From the IMG/VR virus record IMGVR_UViG_3300020204_000005: DNA of 64,000 nt. One strand, given 5' to 3'. Position 1 is the first letter of the stretch; every line of letters starts with the position of its first letter. Position numbers and translations under genes: made by a program. This DNA is from a virus. This document shows, one piece after another, positions 42,301 through 50,200 of this stretch. The notes beneath the pieces were generated by a model. That model was not told where the DNA came from and ran no database searches. It saw only the letters and a list, made by a program, of their open reading frames with translations.

Positions 42301-42716
42301 GAGATGTATTATATAAAGGAAGAATCAACCCAATTGCAACTTTCTCTGACGTAGGTACTGTAATTTGGGGTAATAAAACTTTACAAATTAGAGAATCTGC
42401 ACTTGACAGAATCAATGTTAGAAGATTATTATTACAAGCTCGTAAATTAATATCTGCGGTTTCTGTAAGATTATTGTTTGAACAAAACGATGAGAAAGTA
42501 AGACAAGATTTCTTAGATGCGGTTAACCCTATATTAGATGCAATCAGAAGAGACCGAGGTTTATACGATTTCCGTGTAAATGTTTCTTCAGACCCTGCAG
42601 ATTTAGATAGAAACCAATTAACAGGTAAGATTTATATCAAACCTACTAAATCGTTAGAATTCATAGACATTACATTCTACATTACTCCAACAGGGGCATC
42701 GTTTGATAATATCTAA
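39387..42716 (+). CDS. contractile tail sheath protein with large insertions
   Basis: N: VSPGVYTSEVDLS, KGPAFEP; C: YYPWV, PWFAAAGYTRG, INPIA, IWGNKTL, RINVRRLL. Confidence 0.95.
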   Translation: MASNNKVFVSPGVYTSEVDLSFVAQSVGVTTLGIVGETLKGPAFEPIFIRNFDEFTTFFGGVSPEKFINTQIPKYEGAYIAKSYLQQSNQLFVTRVLGLSGYDAGPSWTISTKANVDPSTVGFYCEDPVIENCEPKCNDYLTIDYSIDFTGCTNSVDSIKFINPSQIPDEIAEKMNLPYEKFDGSTSTIYGDMTSQIIDILTDNTLETSSIYYYGAISGETYDTLSPVFTAETNVFGVDNVSSSLINFSASVNDPWYYATFDNIGNALYSGYSFWSIVTDLALIPVTTTTTLTPSTTTTTTNPCVTPIPTSTTTTTTAKPVNCYTGKLIGRLYIYSGTAYTDYDDLVIATLRSRGLATYGTDDGAVYEVSGLTDVEMVCGNEYSGVTKNPYSTFGLNVTNKNGEKFFFETSFSNSDTKYLTKVFGSSNFAKPKDVVPLFVEERFQALLNYAWRKGYIRGLNCELTALPNARQGNDPTSIAWYLEKYQSPMSPWVVSELRGNKVYKLFKFTTIADGNEANIEVKISIANISFSNGTFDVIVRDFFDSDAAPSVIEKFTNCSMDPGQNNFIAKKIGTVDGEYALNSKYIMVEINEDAPVDALPCGFEGYQFREYAGVRPPFPIYKTKYDFPGEVVYNPPFGLSSGADDIVRSAGDNIRRTYLGISDTVGFDVDFYSYKGKQLPLDICTDVTGDDWFYKSRGFHMDINASGITIGNGFITSGTPAFFVGSAPFTTDPEDSSNPYFRLFARKFSLLCSGGFDGWDIYRESRTNGDKFALGQPGYRKGSCPSFKYPSATGWGAFKQITVGDNTQDWANTDYYAYLLGQRSFANPEAVNINVFVTPGIDYVNHSNLVEDAIDMVENDRADSVYICTTPDYNMFVPSTGDQLDFIYPQEAVDNLEEAGLDSNYTATYYPWVLTRDTVNNTQIYIPPTAEVTRNLALTDNIAFPWFAAAGYTRGIVNAIKARKKLTQEDRDVLYKGRINPIATFSDVGTVIWGNKTLQIRESALDRINVRRLLLQARKLISAVSVRLLFEQNDEKVRQDFLDAVNPILDAIRRDRGLYDFRVNVSSDPADLDRNQLTGKIYIKPTKSLEFIDITFYITPTGASFDNI

Positions 42717-42726
42717 TAAAAAATGT

Positions 42727-42754
42727 GGTGAGTCGGTTAAAAAATCGGCTCATC
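42727..42754 (+). terminator. hairpin terminator after sheath
   Basis: ggtgagtcggtt-aaaa-aatcggctcatc stem (with GU pairs) followed by attattt. Confidence 0.5.
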
Positions 42755-42772
42755 ATTATTTATTAATATAAT

Positions 42773-43591
42773 ATGATAGATAGAAAATATATTGTTGAGG
42801 GTATTAATGAATCAGGAACACCTGATATGAAATATTATGCGTTTGATTGGGATGATAATATTATGACAATGCCAACACAAATAATATTAAAAGATGATAA
42901 CGATAAAGAGGTTGGGATGTCAACCGAGGATTTTGCCGAATATAGAACTCAAATTGGTAAAGACCCTTTCGAATATGAAGGTCACACAATTGTAGGATTC
43001 GCAGAAGACCCGTTTAGATACTTTGGTGTGAAAGGGGACAAACAATTTGTTGTTGATTCAATGATTGCTAAAACAGGACCCGCTTGGGGAGACTTTGTAG
43101 AGGCAATTAATAACGGTTCAATCTTTTCAATAATAACTGCCAGAGGACATACCCCAAGTATTCTAAAAGAAGCGGTTTATAACCTAATTGCTTCAAACAG
43201 AGGAGGGATAAATTCAAAAGAGTTAATTAAAAACCTTAAAAAATATAGGGATTTAACCGATGAAGAAAAATTATCCACTAAAGAATTAATCAATGAGTAT
43301 TTAGATTTATGTAGATTTCACCCTGTAAGTTATGGTGAGGGTTCCGCAACTAATCCTGAAGAAGGTAAGGTTAAAGCTATGAAAGATTTTATTCAGTATA
43401 TTAAAAATGTTTCAGAATATATTAGTAAAAAAGCATATTTAAAGAACAAAATATCAAATAATTTTGAATTACCTAGTATTGGTTTTTCTGATGACGATAT
43501 AAGAAACGTAGAAACAATTAAAAGTCGTTTTGAAGATGAACCTATGTTAAAGACCTACTCAACTACAGGAGGAGTTAAAAAACTATATTAA
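42773..43591 (+). CDS. HAD-superfamily phosphatase
   Basis: Motif I FDWDDN, motif II IITARG, motif IV GFSDDD. Confidence 0.75.
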   Translation: MIDRKYIVEGINESGTPDMKYYAFDWDDNIMTMPTQIILKDDNDKEVGMSTEDFAEYRTQIGKDPFEYEGHTIVGFAEDPFRYFGVKGDKQFVVDSMIAKTGPAWGDFVEAINNGSIFSIITARGHTPSILKEAVYNLIASNRGGINSKELIKNLKKYRDLTDEEKLSTKELINEYLDLCRFHPVSYGEGSATNPEEGKVKAMKDFIQYIKNVSEYISKKAYLKNKISNNFELPSIGFSDDDIRNVETIKSRFEDEPMLKTYSTTGGVKKLY

Positions 43592-43707
43592 TTAAAAGCT
43601 CTAGTAGAAATTTAAATAAAAAAAAAAGAAAAGTAAAGAGAAAAAATTTAACTGAATATATTTATAAATAAAAAAACAAATAAACAAAAAATTAAAAAGA
43701 AAACACA

Positions 43708-44196
43708 ATGGCTGATTTATTAATGAAAATGCCGATACCTTATGAACCGAAAAGACAAAACAGGTTCATTCTTCGTTTCCCATCTACATTGGGTATTAAC
43801 GAATGGTTCGTAGAAACTACATCAAGACCACATATAACAATTAACCCAGTTGAGATTCAATTCCTTAATACATCAACCTATGTGGCAGGACGTTTCACTT
43901 GGAGCACGATTAATGTTAAATTCCGTGACCCTATTGGACCTTCAGCGTCTCAGGCGTTAATGGAATGGGTACGTTTATGTGCTGAGTCTGTAACAGGTCG
44001 TATGGGTTATGCGGCGGGTTACAAAAAGAACGTTGACTTAGAAATGTTAGACCCAACAGGAGTTGTTGTTGAGAAATGGATTATGGAAGGTACTTTTTTA
44101 TCTGATGTAAACTTTGATTCATTGGCTTATAACTCTGACGCAATTGCTTCTATTACGGCGACTTTAAGACCTGATAGATGTGTGTTAGTATACTAA
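43708..44196 (+). CDS. tail tube protein (T4 gp19-like)
   Basis: YEPKRQNRF, GRFTWSTINVKFRD, MLDPTG...EKW...GTF; follows sheath; TATTTATA at 43659-43666. Confidence 0.88.
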   Translation: MADLLMKMPIPYEPKRQNRFILRFPSTLGINEWFVETTSRPHITINPVEIQFLNTSTYVAGRFTWSTINVKFRDPIGPSASQALMEWVRLCAESVTGRMGYAAGYKKNVDLEMLDPTGVVVEKWIMEGTFLSDVNFDSLAYNSDAIASITATLRPDRCVLVY

Positions 44197-44221
44197 TTTA
44201 ATAAAATATATAATATTTTTG

Positions 44222-44250
44222 TCCCACATATTGATTATGTGGGATTTTTT
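44222..44250 (+). terminator. intrinsic terminator after tube
   Basis: tcccacata-ttgat-tatgtggga followed by tttttt. Confidence 0.75.
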
Positions 44251-44299
44251 ATTTAAAAAAAACTAATATACCGTATATTTTATAGTAAAAGATAATACT

Positions 44300-45058
44300 A
44301 TGGAACAAAATGCTTATACAGTAGGTCAAGAAAATTTTAATTTACCACACGATGTTGTCGAGTTACCCTCTAAAGGACTCTTCTATAAATCAAAAAAGAA
44401 ATCAGTTAAAGTTGGTTATTTAACCGCAAATGATGAAAATTTTATTGTGAACGCTTTTAAAGGTGGTTCAGGTAATATTGTTTTATCATTAATAAGAAAT
44501 AAAGTGTACGAACACGATTTAAGGCCCGAAGAGTTACTTGAAGGTGATGTTGAAGCAATTCTTATCTTTTTAAGAAATACATCATTTGGTCCCGAGTATA
44601 GTGTTACTTTAACCGACCCTATGACAAGTAAACAATTTACGGCAACAATTATATTAGATGAATTAAATATAAAAAAACCAACACATTTACCAGATGAGAA
44701 TGGTTTTTTTACTACTAAATTACCTAAGAGTGAGGCGGTTGTTAAATTAAAGGTTTTAACTTATTCAGAATTAATAGAATTAGAGAAACAAGCTGAACAA
44801 TATCCCCAAAATTTAACCCCACCAAAAATAACATGGAAATTAAACAAACAAATTGTTGAACTTAATGGGTCTCAAGACAGAGAACAAATTTCAAAGTTTA
44901 TCGAATCCATGCCAATAATGGACTCAAAATATATTAGAAATTTTTTAAGAGAAAATCAACCGTCATTAGACCTTAAACAAAATGTTGTAGCCCCGTCAGG
45001 AGAATTGGTATCTTTCGAGATTGCCTTTGGGGTTGAATTTTTTCGGCCTTTCTTTTAA
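44300..45058 (+). CDS. tail assembly chaperone / baseplate hub assembly protein (gp26-like)
   Basis: VELPSKG.FY, LLEGDVEAILIFLRNTSFG; located between tube and tape measure. Confidence 0.75.
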   Translation: MEQNAYTVGQENFNLPHDVVELPSKGLFYKSKKKSVKVGYLTANDENFIVNAFKGGSGNIVLSLIRNKVYEHDLRPEELLEGDVEAILIFLRNTSFGPEYSVTLTDPMTSKQFTATIILDELNIKKPTHLPDENGFFTTKLPKSEAVVKLKVLTYSELIELEKQAEQYPQNLTPPKITWKLNKQIVELNGSQDREQISKFIESMPIMDSKYIRNFLRENQPSLDLKQNVVAPSGELVSFEIAFGVEFFRPFF

Positions 45059-45203
45059 TTACAGACAATATCTTATTGACGAATATTATATAATGGCTCG
45101 GTTTTTAAGAACTTCTTATTCCGACTTTAATCTTATGCCAACATATATGAGAAAATATTTAATCGATAAAATTATTGAGTCAAATCAACCTAAAAATAAT
45201 TAG
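45021..45203 (+). CDS. gp51-like chaperone extension, possibly expressed by +1 frameshift from the upstream ORF
   Basis: Overlaps the end of 44300-45058 in the +1 frame; track start is TTG; YSDFNLMPTYMRKYLI motif. Confidence 0.55.
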   Translation: MPLGLNFFGLSFNYRQYLIDEYYIMARFLRTSYSDFNLMPTYMRKYLIDKIIESNQPKNN

Positions 45204-45234
45204 ACTCATAAGTATTTATAATTAAAACAATACT

Positions 45235-47172
45235 ATGGGAGATGGAGATGGTAAAAGTAGTGGTATAGTAGGGGACTTTAAAAAAGTTATGTCCGAAATG
45301 ACCACAATCAAAGGTCTCAAAGACACTATCCTTGAGGTAGAAAACGCCGCTTACAAATTAGCTCAAGATTTCGCGTTAGGAGCCCAAAACATTGATTTAA
45401 TGAGGGCGGGATTAGCTGACGCCGCTTCAGATATAAAACGTTTAGGAGGGAGCTTTAATGATGTTATTGCTATGCAAACATCCGCGTACACTAATTTAGG
45501 TAGAAATGTAACATTGACCGCCGATGGGATGAAAGATTTATATGCGACTACTAAAGCGACGGGTCAAGATGCTAATACATTAGTATCTAAATTTAAAGAT
45601 ATTGGTACGGGTACTTACGACATAGGTAAAAATATGGAGGTTGTTTTACAATCCGCTAGAGATATTGGTGTTAATGGTAAAGCGGTAAGTGACCAAGCGT
45701 TGTCAAACATGGAATTGATGAATAAGTACAACTTTGAAGGAGGTGTGCAGGGTCTTGCAAAAATGGCCGCTCAAGCGGTTAATTTAAGGGTTAACGTTGG
45801 TGATATGAAAGTTCTTATGGATAAGGCGTTCGAACCTGACCAAGCAATACAATTAGCCGCGTCCATGCAAAGATTGGGAGCAACGCAAGCCGACCTACTT
45901 GACCCATTAAGGTTAATGGATTTAGCTCAAAACGACCCAGGTGAATTAATGAATCAAGTTGCTGAGTTAGGTAAACAGTTCACCCAATTTAATGAAGAAA
46001 CAGGTAAATTTGAAATTGCTCCTGGAGGTAAAAGACAATTAATGGAATTGGCTAAAGAATTGGGAATAAATTATGAACAACTAACTAAAATGTCATTAGC
46101 GGGAGCTGAATTAGATGATAAATTAAGTAAGATTTCTTTCCCAACCGATATTGCCGATGAAGATACTCAAAAAATGATTGCTAATATGGCCGAAATGAAG
46201 GACGGTCAATATATGATTAAGTTCAAAGACGAACAAGGTATCACTCAAGAAAAAAATGTTATGGAATTAAAAGACTCCGATATAGAAGCGATTGCCAAGG
46301 CACAATCCGAAGCACCGAAAACTATGGAAGAAATTGCCGAGTCACAATTAAGTACTTCAGAATCAATGTTGGCCGAATTACAAAGTATGAACAGAGCGGG
46401 ATACGGTTTAGCAGGTAGTAAAGGTGCGGGGGATGTATTAGGAGCTGCTAGAACAGGGGCTAAATTAGTTGCGGGAGGTATTAGAGATATACAAGGAGAA
46501 TCACAAGACTTTAGAAAAGGTACTGATAAATTATTAATTAATAATCTTGATGCTATAAACAAAGCCATGTCAGGAGAAGGGTCATTAAATGAAGTTTTAA
46601 AAACCGCAACAACATCTATTGGAGGTGTCACAAGTGCAATAAAAGACAATCTTAATGTGGCCTTAACCAATGCCACTACCGAAATGGATAAGTTCTCTAA
46701 AAGTGGAAACTTATTTGCCGAAACACTTAAAGGAACTTATGATTCAGCGGCAAAATATATTCAGGAACATGAAAAATTATCAAAATTGGGAATTAATTTA
46801 GCGACTGAGAACAAAAAAACCGAGAGTGTTACAACTGAAACATCCACAATAAAGGTTAGTGATTTTTACATTAAAACATTACCTGAAGACAAGTTAATTA
46901 TGGCTGGTGGTACTAATTTAGACGGTGGTAATAATACCACTCAAGATATGGGACCTAAAGAAATGAACGTTAATGTTGTTTTAGACGTGAAAGCTCCATC
47001 AAACATTAATACAACTCAAATTTTGGCCATGCTTGAAGACCAACAAATTAAAAATGCTATAGTTAAAGCCTCTCAAGACGCAAATACTTCAGGAGGAATG
47101 ACAGGTCCTAATAACCAAACAGTAAGAAATAAATCAATTGTTGATAGTGCTTTAAGTATGTCGAATCTTTAA
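45235..47172 (+). CDS. tape-measure-like protein
   Basis: Ala/Gly/Leu/Met-rich helical 645-aa protein directly after the chaperones; TATTTATA at 45213-45220. Confidence 0.65.
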   Translation: MGDGDGKSSGIVGDFKKVMSEMTTIKGLKDTILEVENAAYKLAQDFALGAQNIDLMRAGLADAASDIKRLGGSFNDVIAMQTSAYTNLGRNVTLTADGMKDLYATTKATGQDANTLVSKFKDIGTGTYDIGKNMEVVLQSARDIGVNGKAVSDQALSNMELMNKYNFEGGVQGLAKMAAQAVNLRVNVGDMKVLMDKAFEPDQAIQLAASMQRLGATQADLLDPLRLMDLAQNDPGELMNQVAELGKQFTQFNEETGKFEIAPGGKRQLMELAKELGINYEQLTKMSLAGAELDDKLSKISFPTDIADEDTQKMIANMAEMKDGQYMIKFKDEQGITQEKNVMELKDSDIEAIAKAQSEAPKTMEEIAESQLSTSESMLAELQSMNRAGYGLAGSKGAGDVLGAARTGAKLVAGGIRDIQGESQDFRKGTDKLLINNLDAINKAMSGEGSLNEVLKTATTSIGGVTSAIKDNLNVALTNATTEMDKFSKSGNLFAETLKGTYDSAAKYIQEHEKLSKLGINLATENKKTESVTTETSTIKVSDFYIKTLPEDKLIMAGGTNLDGGNNTTQDMGPKEMNVNVVLDVKAPSNINTTQILAMLEDQQIKNAIVKASQDANTSGGMTGPNNQTVRNKSIVDSALSMSNL

Positions 47173-47214
47173 TAAAAAATAAGGTAATACCTATTTATAT
47201 AAAAATAAAAATAA

Positions 47215-50200
47215 ATGTCTGACAGTACTTTATCATTCTCATCATCATCTTCTTTTAGGGATGTATTAATGGCAAGAAATCTTCCACCTTACGATGTCCC
47301 AGGTGTTTACACACCACCATCGGGGCCTCTTAATTACGAAGTTGTTCAGACTGTTTCTAATGTCATCGATTCTCCTGATGAATTAATTGCTAACGACCCA
47401 TTTGCTCAACAATTATACCCATTAAATGAATATGGTCCTGAAGGAGGTTATAATTTAAATATAACATATAATGGTCCACCATTACCTGTAGATTCTAATA
47501 AAGGAGAATACGACCCAACAGACACTGTATTAGATTTGGTTAATGAATTTTATATTGACGCGGCATACATTGAAAATAAGTTTGGACCTGAAGGAGGGTT
47601 TAAAGACATGGTTGTTATTGACAATATTCAAAACAATAACAAAATATATCTACCTTATTGGAACCCACCAATCTTCACACCATCTGTATATACACCATAC
47701 GAGATTTTAATTAATAATAATCCCGCAGGATTGTCTCAAGACTCGTTTATCGCTAAGTTAGGAGCTCAACAATTAAGAGCTTTATTCCAAGAAAGAGTTG
47801 CCGCTGAATTATTTCAGAATACAGTTGGTTTAGTTAATTTAGAATCATTATCAGACCCATTTGAAGCGAGTCTTATTATTACAGGTCAAGAACCTTTGAT
47901 TTATAGAAATTGGAGAATTACGGTTGCGGAAAACCCAATAGTTGCGGCCGTAGATTTTGCCACAAGATTAACAGGTGCTTATTGGCCTGTATCACCAATA
48001 CCTGGTGATTATTTTGAAGAGAACGAACCTAATGCGGGCGCATCATCCCAAATATCAGGTGCTTTAAATGTTGTTAACCAATTAACAGGGGGTTTTTTAG
48101 GACCTATCTTAAACAAGACAAGAAACCCTTCCGAAATATTCTTAGCTAATACAGGTAACGGTCAAAGGTCAGCGTTATTTGCCAACATAAATTATAATAG
48201 ATATAAACCCGACTATAAGAAAAATTTTGGAGGACTTCTTGGTGTTGCACAAGCTTTAGTTAATTTAGCGGTTAATTTAATTGACCCTAATAACGGAACT
48301 TTAGTTGGAGGATATTATGTTGGTAGTAGAAATGCCGAACCATCAACGATTACGTCACCACCAAATCAGGTACCTGTTAACCCGTTTGGTAAACAAGAAC
48401 AAGCTCCTGTATATGGACCTTCAGAACTTGGTATCTTATATGAAGGTAATGAAAATAAAATAAATTTTGGTTTAGCTGGTAAATCATCATCTGATGGTGG
48501 TGGTATTGACGGACAATTTGTTTGGACCTCACCTAAATATAAAGGTGACGCGGGATATAAAGCAACTGTTGGTGGAGGCACAGGAAGTTTAGATGAGGAA
48601 TTTAATCAAATTGCGTCTCAATATAGTAGAGGAGAATCTACAAATATAACATTTAAACAAAGTTCAATTCTAGACCAAACCCAAAGACTTGTTGATTCGG
48701 CAGATAATGTTTCGGGGATTAACCGATTAAAACATGTCGGTAACGCAATTAACCAAGTTAGTAAAGTTTTCAATGACGGATATAAGGAAATGACCAAAGG
48801 TTCTCAAGTTGTAAGTTATAAAGACAATACAACGGGAGAACAAGTTGGTACTGAATATTGTAGAGTATTTACAAAAGATACACCATACTACACTTACGCC
48901 GATTTACAAAAAACTGATGGTATTACAACTTCAGGTAGAAGATTTACTAATTCTGTTTTTGATAATACGTACAATTTAAATATTGCACCACTTAAAAACC
49001 CTGGCTCTACGAATATACAACCAAACGCTAAGGGGGATTTGGTAGCTAAAAAATATATGTTCTCAATTGAAAACTTGGCATGGAGAACATCAAGTAGACC
49101 TGGTTTTACTTATGATGAACTTCCTGTTTGTGAAAAAGGACCTAATGGTGGTAGAGTTATGTGGTTTCCACCTTATAATTTAAGTTTTAGTGACTCAAGT
49201 TCACCAAACTTTACACCTACAAATATTATGGGTAGACCTGAACCAATTTATACATATAATAACACTAGCCGAAGCGGTACGTTAAGTTGGAAGATAATTG
49301 TAGACCACCCATCAATAATGAACGTTTTAGTTGATAAACAATTAAAAGGACAAAACTCCGAAAGAGTAAATTCGATAATAGATTCGTTCTTTGCGGGTTG
49401 TGTTAAATATGACATTTATGAATTAGCTAAGAAGTTTAACACTATCCCAACAAAGGATTTATTTACGTACCAAGAAATTTTAAATAACCCAAGATTAACC
49501 CCTGAAGAATTGGCGGGTATTAATAAAGAAATACCTAAAGAAAATACCGCAGATGGAGGAGCGAATTCTACACCTACAGGTAACCAAAATACTAATACTG
49601 ATGTATCATCTACCCCTGACACTTCAGGAAAAGATTTTGAAGGTAAGTACCAAGATTTAGCGTTTTATTTCCATAATGATAGACCCGACCCCAACTCTAG
49701 TAATACCGTCGCTAGTAAACCATTTAATGTTTGGTACGAATCTTACACTACCACAGACTTTATTCAAAAGTATGTTAACAATGCCGATGCAATATTTAAA
49801 TCCGATTCAAAAAGTAGAAACGTTAAACAATTTTTTGATACGGTAATCATCCCAAATTTTAACGCAATTGCAAAAAATGAAAAAAACTTTATTGTTGAAG
49901 CTTATAATTTAATTAAAGAAAAGAAAGCAAAAATTACTGTTGAAATGGTTGGCTCCGCTTCAGCACCTGCAACTAAAGATTATAATGTGAATTTGTCTAA
50001 ACGAAGAAACGATTCCGTTATTAAATTTTTAAAGGCAACAACTATTGGAGAAGCAAATTTATCTAAATATATTGATGATGGTAGTTTAAAATTCACATTA
50101 TTGAGTGAAGGTGAAACAATTGTTATACCTAAAGCACCTGATGACTCACCTGCTAAAGGACCTGGATTTGATGTAAATTGTACTACAGATATAAAGGATA

